Source: a virus. From it: 64,000 nucleotides of DNA. Position 1 is the stretch's first letter. Each line of letters begins with the position of its first letter. Below, piece by piece: positions 51,559-60,900 of this stretch. The notes under the pieces were generated by a model. The model was given only the letters and a program-made list of their open reading frames with translations, had not been told where the DNA came from and made no database searches. Position numbers and translations under genes: made by a program. Location: positions 96,001 through 160,000 of the IMG/VR virus record IMGVR_UViG_3300028783_000001; one strand, 5' to 3'.

Positions 51559-52497
51559 TTACCAAACCCTCGCTTGGAACCAATCGCCAACTGCATATCC
51601 GAGGATTTGCAGTTTGCTGCCCGGAGGAGACTCGGTTGGATTGGTATGAATCTCGGAAACTACCGCGACGTATTGCGCGCTAGAACCAGAGGCAACTGGA
51701 GTCGTGCCATTGTCCGTTACCCATAATACGTGGGAAGCGGTTAGCATGCTGTTATACACCTTGTAGCCATTGACGGGAGCAATGGCCAGAGTCTGCGCGG
51801 CGGGGGTCATAGTGACCGTCCACGTTGCACCAGTGCCGGCACCAGTTGTAGTGACGCCACCGAGGATGGTGGTCGATGGATACACGATACCAGAACCAGC
51901 AGTGTTAGTCGCAGTCTTTACACCAAACGAGAGGGCAAAGGTTGCACCGGTCAACGACGCGGTGCAACTACCTGGCTCGACGGTGAGGCTGGTAGGCATT
52001 ACCGTGTAGTCGCCTGCAACTGATACTACAAGCGCACCAGATATTGCACCACCAGCGATGGTCCCAGTTACCTGAAACTTAGTGCCCGTTCCGGTAGTAC
52101 CAGTACAAGTAGTAGCACCAGTAGTGCCGCCGGATCCACCAGCGGCAACTGTTGCTGAGTAGAGCTGCACGTGGGTGATGGTAAGCACGGAGTGAGTAAC
52201 TCCACCATCGGTGAGGGTCTGCGTATCACCGATAACGTAACCGCTGCCCATGACGGAGTATGCAACGCTGGCGACGTAACCAGAAACCTGACCGTCTAGG
52301 TTGGTAACAGGAAGCGTGACGTTTACTCCACCCATCGAAGGATTTGGGTATCCGTTTCCTGGTGCCGTTACTGGACCGGCTTGGTATGGTGAGTAGGTGA
52401 CAACTGGACTGACGGCGTTTGCACTGGTGGCAAGTCCGAACAGCGCGGCGGCACCGGCAACTGCACCGATCCAGCCTAGGTGATTTTTAAACTTCAT
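51559..52497 (-). CDS. Thr/Gly-rich fibre-like protein with signal peptide
   Basis: Signal ending SANA; GSGY..GD, GGSGGT.G..T.TGTTGTGTKFQ, TTTGAGTGATW motifs. Confidence 0.65.
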   Translation of the reverse strand: MKFKNHLGWIGAVAGAAALFGLATSANAVSPVVTYSPYQAGPVTAPGNGYPNPSMGGVNVTLPVTNLDGQVSGYVASVAYSVMGSGYVIGDTQTLTDGGVTHSVLTITHVQLYSATVAAGGSGGTTGATTCTGTTGTGTKFQVTGTIAGGAISGALVVSVAGDYTVMPTSLTVEPGSCTASLTGATFALSFGVKTATNTAGSGIVYPSTTILGGVTTTGAGTGATWTVTMTPAAQTLAIAPVNGYKVYNSMLTASHVLWVTDNGTTPVASGSSAQYVAVVSEIHTNPTESPPGSKLQILGYAVGDWFQARVW

Positions 52498-52561
52498 GTT
52501 TGTTTCCTCTGTTGGTTTGTATAGTCATGGAACCTGCAGGTTTCACATCCTAAATTGGTCC

Positions 52562-52873
52562 CTAATCCACAGGCTCAATTACACGCCCGCGAATCTTAAT
52601 GGGGACAACTTCTAACATATCCGTAAATAGCTTGGGTATGATTGGCAACCGGAATCGGTCTCTGAAAAAGCCAATCTCTTCATCCGGGGCGTTTAGTGGA
52701 TGAACCCACACAGAAACACCAACAAGCAGGACTGAGATTATTCCTGATGCATGAAGATTGTAAGCACGTACCTGATACAACTGACCCTTGATTAGCGATA
52801 CCGGTGTCATGCGCGGCTTGGCATCGATACATATTATTTCGGTTAATGGTGGCAGGTCTGGTGGAATCATCAC
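52562..52873 (-). CDS. Hypothetical SH3-like protein
   Basis: IICID...LIKGQLYQV...FFRDRF. Confidence 0.55.
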   Translation of the reverse strand: MMIPPDLPPLTEIICIDAKPRMTPVSLIKGQLYQVRAYNLHASGIISVLLVGVSVWVHPLNAPDEEIGFFRDRFRLPIIPKLFTDMLEVVPIKIRGRVIEPVD

Positions 52874-52890
52874 TGGCTCCTATTAACAAA

Positions 52891-53643
52891 TCACCCGATT
52901 GGCTCTGCCATTGCCCCACGCCACGCTGGTGTAGCGACGCTAGATAATTCAAAGCCGGTGCACCCACGAGCGATACGGTAGACTAGCTTATTCCCAACAC
53001 TACCAACACACACGCCACGCTTCGGATGGATGTGACCACAACCGCCCTCGCGTAGCGAGGCGTTGCATACCGAGCAGTTGTAATCGCTAACCCAACAGCC
53101 CATACTAAACCCGGAACGCCCACCCTGAACGCGTGCGGCTAGCTCAGGAAATTTGTTACGATCCCACCCGGCCAGCAGCACCACACGGTGCAAGTCGCCC
53201 ACGTAGTTTGGCACGCGCTTCATCGACGCATCGAAGATCATTCCACGCGCAATCGTGGGATCTTGGTTTGCGTGCTCCTCGTGCGTCGGCTTACCCACCC
53301 ACGTGCGGTATGAGATGCGCCCGGCGTTTGGATTCCACGCGCTCATCTCCTCAAACGGGAAGGCCGCGAGGTTTGCGTTTGGTAGGTCCGTCAGGAAGAT
53401 TGTGCAGGGAACGATGATGTAGTCGGACATCGACGCTGAGGTTCCGTAGACCTCAGACGCATAGGGCATCCAGCTATTGACGTTTAGGAGCGCGGTGGCA
53501 ACCTGGCCTTTATCCGTAACGCCGTCGGGTAGCGATCCTGTCTTGACAACTTGATGCATGTCTATAGGAGCGTCTGCTGTAGAATCCTCTGCAGCAGCAT
53601 ACTCTACGAAGCGATTTTCGTCGCTGGCCATCATTAAGTTCAT
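52891..53643 (-). CDS. Prohead (capsid maturation) serine protease with Zn ribbon
   Basis: Start ATG 53643 (AGGAG); PNAN..AF, GKPTHEEH (His), GFSMGC (Ser), CSVC..C.H, FELSSVATPA. Confidence 0.85.
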   Translation of the reverse strand: MNLMMASDENRFVEYAAAEDSTADAPIDMHQVVKTGSLPDGVTDKGQVATALLNVNSWMPYASEVYGTSASMSDYIIVPCTIFLTDLPNANLAAFPFEEMSAWNPNAGRISYRTWVGKPTHEEHANQDPTIARGMIFDASMKRVPNYVGDLHRVVLLAGWDRNKFPELAARVQGGRSGFSMGCWVSDYNCSVCNASLREGGCGHIHPKRGVCVGSVGNKLVYRIARGCTGFELSSVATPAWRGAMAEPIG

Positions 53644-53644
53644 G

Positions 53645-53935
53645 CTAATCTCCTGAATCGGAGTCAATCCATGCTTGGAATGACCCGCGTCCAAAGCGAG
53701 TGTAGCTGGCGACGTCGCCAGCCGGGTTGTAGGCAAGCCACGGATAAAACTTATCATCGTGGTCGGCACACACAATGCAGTGCCACTCCTCACCGTCGAC
53801 CATGACATCTGCGTCGAGGTCGCCATGGAGCGCGAGGGTGTTTATGATTTCATCTACCATGATCCATGTGACGTCTGTCATGCTAGAGTCTGGGTAGATG
53901 CTATAATTACCCAAGGGTCGCCAGGTATGAGTCAT
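53645..53935 (-). CDS. Hypothetical protein (CxxC)
   Basis: 96 aa, translationally coupled to neighbours. Confidence 0.5.
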   Translation of the reverse strand: MTHTWRPLGNYSIYPDSSMTDVTWIMVDEIINTLALHGDLDADVMVDGEEWHCIVCADHDDKFYPWLAYNPAGDVASYTRFGRGSFQAWIDSDSGD

Positions 53936-54381
53936 GCCTGGGCTCCGGCGGCTGTCTTTGAAAAACGATCAAGGTTGTCTGGGTCTGCATTAAACTCAAT
54001 CTTGGAAGCGTGCTCCTTACCAGCTGCGATGGCGCATGAGAACCAGCTGAGCATGATAACTTCGTCTGGTGCCTGCAGCTTGAACCGGCTGGTAAACGCG
54101 CGAGCCCACTTGCGAGCATCTGCACCAAAGCTATTGAAGTCGAAGAATGTTGAGAACTCACGGCTGCGAGCCTCTGCGGCGGTCTCATGTTCGATGAATA
54201 ATGTCTCGCGGAAGACTGTCTTGCCAACCAGATTCGACTCTTGAATGAGGAAGGACGACTCTTCATCATCTGTGCGAACCAACTCTACCACGCGGTCTGG
54301 TGTAATTCGAACTACTCTCCACAACAATCGTGAGTCGGTATTTGCAGCATCTGCCTTTACGATGTCATTGACATTCAACAT
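53932..54381 (-). CDS. Hypothetical protein
   Basis: 149 aa, GGAG RBS. Confidence 0.6.
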   Translation of the reverse strand: MLNVNDIVKADAANTDSRLLWRVVRITPDRVVELVRTDDEESSFLIQESNLVGKTVFRETLFIEHETAAEARSREFSTFFDFNSFGADARKWARAFTSRFKLQAPDEVIMLSWFSCAIAAGKEHASKIEFNADPDNLDRFSKTAAGAQA

Positions 54382-54420
54382 GAGGGTCGGCTCCGCGTTG
54401 TGGGTTTGTGTATGAGATAA

Positions 54421-54497
54421 TGGTCTGAGCAGCAGGATTCGAACCTACGACCTCCTCATTCCGAATGAGGCACGCTACCAGGCTGCGCTATGCTCAG
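54421..54497 (-). tRNA. tRNA-Pro (CGG)
   Basis: CTGAGCATAGCGCAGCCTGGTAGCG..CCTCA-TTCGGAA-TGAGG..GGTTCGAATCC..GCTCAGACCA, 77 nt. Confidence 0.95.
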
Positions 54498-54503
54498 ATA
54501 TGA

Positions 54504-54839
54504 TTAGGCAGATTTCCTCATTGGCTCGTAGTCGACTCCGTCTTTTGTGACTATAAAATTCAACTCAATGTATGGTTCTGGTTCGGGATATACACCGGCG
54601 AGCGAACCATCAGGGTGGTAATAGAACGCCATACCCTTCGGTGGATAGATGTCCGTATGCGCTACGAGATTTAGCTTGGCTTGATCCAGCTTAGGGTTGT
54701 CGTCTATATCGTCTGAGACGACCTTAAAACTAAGAATGTCACGGGCATGTTGGATGCTATCGAGAAGACAACGCAACGGGCCGCATACATGATCCGCCTT
54801 GCATGTGTGGTTTGTTTCATTTGTGGTGTCGTTCATCAC
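54504..54839 (-). CDS. Hypothetical protein
   Basis: 111 aa, GTGA overlap. Confidence 0.5.
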   Translation of the reverse strand: MMNDTTNETNHTCKADHVCGPLRCLLDSIQHARDILSFKVVSDDIDDNPKLDQAKLNLVAHTDIYPPKGMAFYYHPDGSLAGVYPEPEPYIELNFIVTKDGVDYEPMRKSA

Positions 54840-55465
54840 TGTGCATCCATTCTCGGTTGGGTGATTATTTCAGCCTGCTCATGGCCAATCCACTGCAGAG
54901 CTACAGGACCTACTTCAAGCGCGTTCCAGTAGCGCGCGCCGGTTGTCTTACCATTCCACGTCTGCGCATATGAAAACTGTAATACGTTTTGGTGAACGAC
55001 ACCACTTGCGAGTGTGAGGCTTGGAAGCAGCGCCTCAAACACAACCACTTGATACCCATTGCCTATGACGCAAAATGGTGGCCAGCTCTTTGTTGGGTTG
55101 TAGGTCGGATAGTTTGATATTATCTGACCAATGCTGATCAGGTTTCCCCACAGGATCGGGGTAGATAGCACCTCCTCCTGAACAGGTCCGAATACCGATT
55201 TTAGGAGTGCATTTTTCTGCGGATAGTCGTCACGCCACTCCTTCAACCCCAGGCTTGGATCATATTGCAGATACCAGGTGTCCAGCCATGTGCCGTTGGC
55301 ATCATAGTCTTTACACAACATGGAATCTGTTGCTAGATCATATGAGAATAGTGACGACACCGATGGGCACGTTCCCGTCGCATCCACGTAGTGGAACCAA
55401 CGTCGCTCAGTCGTCTTAAAGAATGGCCAGTAGGCAGCGACTGGGATCGTCATGTTATGCTCCAT
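54836..55465 (-). CDS. Hypothetical aromatic-rich beta protein
   Basis: 209 aa ORF coupled to neighbours. Confidence 0.65.
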   Translation of the reverse strand: MEHNMTIPVAAYWPFFKTTERRWFHYVDATGTCPSVSSLFSYDLATDSMLCKDYDANGTWLDTWYLQYDPSLGLKEWRDDYPQKNALLKSVFGPVQEEVLSTPILWGNLISIGQIISNYPTYNPTKSWPPFCVIGNGYQVVVFEALLPSLTLASGVVHQNVLQFSYAQTWNGKTTGARYWNALEVGPVALQWIGHEQAEIITQPRMDAQ

Positions 55466-55712
55466 CTAATCTAATGCGAGTGGATGGGGAATATGTTGCC
55501 TTCGGCTCCAGGTATTCAAACGCCAAACTTCCATCTGGGTTGTACATGGGACGCGTGCGCTCAATAGGCCAAGATAGTTGCTGCATCGGCCCATCACATA
55601 AATATGCAAAGGGTAGCAGCATCGACTCTTGTAGCTTGCGCTCAAAGGCAGCGATGAGCGCAAACGCATCAAACAGTTCATCAGTCGGTGTAGAAGCAAT
55701 TTCCTCAACCAT
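55455..55712 (-). CDS. Hypothetical protein
   Basis: 85 aa, TAATG overlap with the portal stop. Confidence 0.5.
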   Translation of the reverse strand: MVEEIASTPTDELFDAFALIAAFERKLQESMLLPFAYLCDGPMQQLSWPIERTRPMYNPDGSLAFEYLEPKATYSPSTRIRLDGA

Positions 55713-57649
55713 TAGAAGCCTCCCTCTGGCGCTCCCTGATACTGCAATCCATACCTCTTAATCAAGTGGGTGGTCTTCTTGGGCTCATGCTTGTCGTGCA
55801 TAAGCCAGTTCATGCGCTGCGCAACAGACGCGTTGGCTGCCGCGACGATGCGATTCTGCTTCTCACCAGTATCGTTGCGGAAGCGCTGTGTTGTGTGGTA
55901 AGAATGACCGTTGATGGAATTGCGCGGTTGGAATTTGTCGTCGCGGTCGAAGCGCTGTAGAATGCTCTTGCGTCTGAATGGAGCAAGCGCCTTGTGGGGA
56001 TCGTAGTTTCCATACTCCCCACCGCCCTGATCGTCGCCGCCACCGTCTTGCTGCTCCTGGCCGGTAACACCACCGGCCTGCTGAATGGCCTGCTTGTAGA
56101 CCGCCAACTTCGCCTGCATCTCGACGTCGTCCTGCGCGCCGTTTATGATGTCACCAATATCCTGACCACCAGCCGACGCCATCATCCTGATCGGAATCGG
56201 GACGCCGGCCTGCTGCAGCAGCATGAGCATGTCGATATAGTCTTTATCACCCTCTGGACGGATGCTGTTATGCCAGCTGATAGTTGGCGTAAGGTAGTCA
56301 CCGATGTCGACATCGCTGTCCTGCGCACGTTCAACATAGTTGTTGGTATAATGGAAGCTGCGGTCTTCTCCTAGCATGGTGCGGCGGAGACTGGTCTCCT
56401 CAAAATCGCCCATGAGCGCACGGCGGTGATTGTTGACGATGGCCGTGTATGGAAATATCTTCTCGTAGAAAACGCTTCGTGTGATGTAGTCGCGAAAGGC
56501 GCGGATCATGTTAATGAAGATCGTTAGCGTTGCGCTGACGGAGTCTAAGCTCATGTCGCCGCCAAGCAGACCGTCAGGCATGCCGAGGCCCTTGAGCTTT
56601 ATGCTCGTGAGCACATCAATATTATCTGTCCACTTCCAGAAATCTCCCGCGCCGCCAATCTCTTGTGGCATGACGCCTGCACGCGTCGTAACGACGGCAC
56701 CCAACGGATCAAGGTCGGCATCTAGAAACAACCCAGACAGCTCCTGCATCTCCTCGACAGATGGATCCCAGTTTTCGTCACCGGCAACGATGTGGAGAAC
56801 TGGGCGTTGCCTACGGTAGGCCATCTCAGTGGTCCCGCGCGCTAGCGATTTTTCCAATATATAGGTGATCATAATCTTGCGGAATAATGAGATTCCAAGC
56901 GGCTGGTGTGATAGGCCACGGCGCGGGATGTAGAGCGTGTTTTCCGGCTGCAGCTTTACGAGACCACCCTTGCGAAAATCCTCCGGCATAAACTTGAGGT
57001 ATGCCTGCATGCGTGGGTCCTTAAGACCGATATGCATCATGCGAGCCGCCTCTGGCGGAATATGGATGTCGATGACCGGAGTCGCCCCAAAGAATGGAAC
57101 TGGTGTAATTTCCGCGTGGATCAAGTCTTGCGGCATCATCGCGCTAAAGCACTTGTCCTTGTCGTCGAATATGGCGGTGCCGAGAAACGCACCGTCGACG
57201 AGGTAGGATGCCGCCAGCGTGGGTAGCAAGCTCTTGACGCGGATGCGATCCATGCCGGACAAGTAGGGCTTGAGGTGGTCCTTATCCGGCATTCCTGATA
57301 GCGAGAAGTTGCCAAACGGAACACCAACGATGGTATCTACAACGGCACCACTAATTGGATCATTGTCATACATCTCACGCGCGAGCATGATCGTCTCAAG
57401 CGGCGAGTTTACCAGTAAGCCGGCGGAGAGCGATAGGTTTGTAGGTTTTGCAAACGACCTTACCACCGTATTGTTTGGTATGCCGTTGCCCATCGTATCT
57501 GGTAATGGTATGCCAGTACCGGGCGTCATCCCGTTGTCCGAACTACCATGAGCCGTGAACCCAGACCGCTGACGCGGACGTGGGCCCATGTCACCTCTGG
57601 TCTTAAACTTTCCACCGACCATCCGGTGCCTTCCAGCTCCCTTCAACAT
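55712..57649 (-). CDS. Portal protein
   Basis: REMYDNDPISGAVVD..PF, YLVDG.F, LYIPRR..PLGISLFRK, KLKGLG.P..LLGG...SA; size and position in the head module. Confidence 0.8.
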   Translation of the reverse strand: MLKGAGRHRMVGGKFKTRGDMGPRPRQRSGFTAHGSSDNGMTPGTGIPLPDTMGNGIPNNTVVRSFAKPTNLSLSAGLLVNSPLETIMLAREMYDNDPISGAVVDTIVGVPFGNFSLSGMPDKDHLKPYLSGMDRIRVKSLLPTLAASYLVDGAFLGTAIFDDKDKCFSAMMPQDLIHAEITPVPFFGATPVIDIHIPPEAARMMHIGLKDPRMQAYLKFMPEDFRKGGLVKLQPENTLYIPRRGLSHQPLGISLFRKIMITYILEKSLARGTTEMAYRRQRPVLHIVAGDENWDPSVEEMQELSGLFLDADLDPLGAVVTTRAGVMPQEIGGAGDFWKWTDNIDVLTSIKLKGLGMPDGLLGGDMSLDSVSATLTIFINMIRAFRDYITRSVFYEKIFPYTAIVNNHRRALMGDFEETSLRRTMLGEDRSFHYTNNYVERAQDSDVDIGDYLTPTISWHNSIRPEGDKDYIDMLMLLQQAGVPIPIRMMASAGGQDIGDIINGAQDDVEMQAKLAVYKQAIQQAGGVTGQEQQDGGGDDQGGGEYGNYDPHKALAPFRRKSILQRFDRDDKFQPRNSINGHSYHTTQRFRNDTGEKQNRIVAAANASVAQRMNWLMHDKHEPKKTTHLIKRYGLQYQGAPEGGF

Positions 57650-57650
57650 A

Positions 57651-57878
57651 TTACGACTCCGTAGTCAGGGGAAAGGTAGTTCTAGTAGCTGGGTCAAATA
57701 CTACTGGGATTGGCGTGCGATATGTCGATGCGATGGTCATACGCATGAGCTTCGCCCCTGGTGTAGGTGACATTGAAATCTCGTAGGGAACACCAGCGTC
57801 TGAGGCCGGAGTTGACGCGACTTCCCGGTGTTGCATTTTCTGTTTCAAAAGTGCTATGGGGTCAACCAACTTTACCAT
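57651..57878 (-). CDS. Small hypothetical protein upstream of portal
   Basis: GAGGAG RBS; C-terminal IPVVFDPATRTTFP. Confidence 0.6.
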   Translation of the reverse strand: MVKLVDPIALLKQKMQHREVASTPASDAGVPYEISMSPTPGAKLMRMTIASTYRTPIPVVFDPATRTTFPLTTES

Positions 57879-57892
57879 GGTAATCTCCTCTA

Positions 57893-57916
57893 GAGCCTGC
57901 GCTTACGCGCAGGCTC
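57893..57916. terminator. Perfect hairpin between the helicase and the head genes
   Basis: GAGCCTGCGC-TTAC-GCGCAGGCTC. Confidence 0.55.
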
Positions 57917-57927
57917 GTGTATCTTTA

Positions 57928-60900
57928 CTAGCCGTGCACAGCCTGAACTGATGCGTCAAACTGCTTCTGATTAGCTACCACTACACCTTCCTTCATGAGC
58001 GTCTGCACGGTAGCCTTGACGGCCGCGATATTTGGTGTCATTTTAATGAGGGTAGCAGCTAGCGTCTGCGGAACCTTCTGGCAACCTATCGGCATGCTGA
58101 GCTTGGGTATGTTTCGCGCAGCAGGACACGTGTGACAGTCTGCGTAGATGTAAACCTTTCCATTCTCGACAACGCCGTAGGGACGAATCTCGCCCTTCTT
58201 TGATGCCTTCATGCGTTCCTGTTTCACCCACGCTGTATGAAAGATCCTCAGCTGGGCCTTCTTGAATGGGAAGGCTGTCTTGTGCTTCGCGTAGGCGATG
58301 GCAAACGCGTCGAGGTTGGCTTTCACGGCCGGTGGGATATAAAACTTCGTGGCCAGAAGATTTGCTAGCCGTAGGAAGCCAGCCGGATTCTTAACCTGGA
58401 CAACGATGCTCTCATTGATATGATCGAAGCCGTTGGCGAGCAGTATCTTATCCTTGGCTCCACCTGGATCTGTGATTAGGCATTCGATGCCGTTGTAGAT
58501 CATCGCCTGGAAGTCGCGTTTGTCGAGATTGGTAGCAGCCTTCTTTAGTATGCCCTTGTTACCCATAGTGATTGGCCCGTTATCATCATCCACTGGCTTC
58601 TTCACTATTACAGGCATTGGCTGCGTTCCGGGCGTCTTTGGCTGCGTAAACTTCGGCGTCATCTTCGGTGCCTTCACAGGCTCCTGCCCGGTTCCAGCGT
58701 GTCCACCACCAGGAAGCTTACCGGCCTTGGCCAGCGCCATCGCCTTAGCACGAGCTGCTGTGCGCTCCTCTAGCAACTGCGCGAGTAGCTTCTTGTGAGC
58801 TGAAGTTGGTTTTGCAATACTCTTCAGCTCCTGGATCTTCTTCCACCGTTCCTTATTAGCTGGATTCGCCTTTATGTGCTGGTGGAACAAGTCTTGAATT
58901 TCCTCTGGGCCGAGGTTTGGTCCAGAAGATATAGGCTTGGTTCCTGGTGTTGGTTTCGTCCCAGGGGTAGGCTTAGTGACCCCAGGAATTGTAATATGTT
59001 TCGGCTGCTTCACGCCCTTCGTTTTGGAGTTTGGCGTTATCTGCCCAGCCTTTACCAGCACCTTCCCCTGCGCTACTGCATCGACCACCTTCTGCGCCGG
59101 TATCAGATTGGACTTCGGCACGAGCGCGCCTTGCTGATCTATCTTCAGTACAGCTGCACCACCATTACCGTAGCTCTTTATTAGTATGATTAGAGCCTCT
59201 CTGTTGGCGGCGTCGCTTGGTGCCGTAATACTGTCGCGACGCACTAGCACCGGCTTTTCACTGAGCCCAGGAATTAACACCCAGACTAGTAGGGCATTAG
59301 ACTTCGTGGGAGGTGCAATCCAACCTGGACCAAACTCCGTCATTACCGGGTCGCCTATGACGACGTCCACGTTTACATCACCAGCCTCTAGTACATCAGG
59401 TGCACTATCTGGTTCATCCTTTACAGTCTTGGTGACCACAGGTACCAGTTCAAGCGGCGTGTTGTTCATTCCATAGAAGCCATCCGTCCACGGTACATAT
59501 CCCAGCGCGTTTAAGGCGTCACCTGGCGCAAACGACGGAGAGGTTGTAGATTGGGTTTCCATCATAGAGAGATGGCCTAGCTCGTAGTCGGCAATCGACT
59601 TGCGCTTAGGGTCTTTCTTCTGAAGGCGCGTCAGCAGCTCGGCCTTCAGCTTCTTGCGTTCGGCGGCGTACTCGGACTCCTCCCACTGCAGGAATAGCGT
59701 GTATGCAGCGAAGTGGTTGGTGAGAGCCTCGCGGCTCTGCATGTCCGACTTCTTTATGAGATTACCATCCTCATCCGTGATGTCAATGTCCTGCTCGACA
59801 ATCTTTTTGAGCATCATCGGAATGCGCTTCGCCTGCGCGAAATAGGCGGCATTCTCAGGGGAGTTCACCACCTTGGCGAGGTTTGCGTTGCTCTGGATCT
59901 CACTAACGATTGCATTCTCTAGCTTCTTACTAATCATGCGCGCCATCTTCGGCACATCGATTGATGGCTCGACAATGATCCAGTCCATGTAGATGCGGTC
60001 GCGCTTAAACTTATATTGCCCATTAGGACCTGGAACGTCTGGACGCCACAGTCGTGCCAAGGTTTGCTCTTGAGCACCTGGCGTCCACATGGTTTGCGTC
60101 CTGATAAGTCGCGAAGCGCACTGTAGGTTGTGACCTTCGCTAAGTCCGGTATTATGGACTAGTACTGGAATGCTACCACGCATGTGAGCCCCAGACGATC
60201 CCGCTACGACGAAGTAGTTGTGATCGCCCTCTACGGCTAGGTCGTACTTGTACGACCCAAGCTTGTCCTTCTTGCGAATCTCTCGGATGCGAGTTATCTT
60301 CAAGAAGTGGTTATTTACATGTGACTCAATACGAGCACGCATGTAATCTGGCTTACGTGCGGCGTCCAGTAGCAGGCACTCAATACCCTTCTCTGAATAA
60401 GCACTACGTATTCCAACCATCTCCTCCTTCGAGTGCCAGTACCCAGTGTCTGCGACTTCCACGACCTTCTTGGCTCGGAAGCTAAGTGAACGCTCCCATA
60501 ATCCGCAAGTATCGTTTGTGGGGTAAGCCTTGTTCCATAGCTTGCACTTACCATCAGCGTAGTTGGCGCACGTACCGCACTTGGTAGGGCACTTGATAAA
60601 GTCGGGGTTCTTGTTCCGGTTCTTCCCATTTACCTCCAGCGTGACGAAGTAGGAACCATCACCTGTATAGACAAGGTTATCAATGCCCATGTCAATTATG
60701 CTGGTCTCGACCTTGTTTGGACCACCCTTGTAATTCGGCGCTTCCATGAAGCGTTTTATCTGCGCGTCACGGTAAGCCTTCGGCTTTCTAGCAAAGGCGT
60801 CACTGTATATGCCAGCGTCGACGTTTGCCTGGATCTTCGCATTTCTCGCTGCAACCCTTACCGAATCGTTTTCAAAAGTAGTTCGTGCAGTGGCTATATT

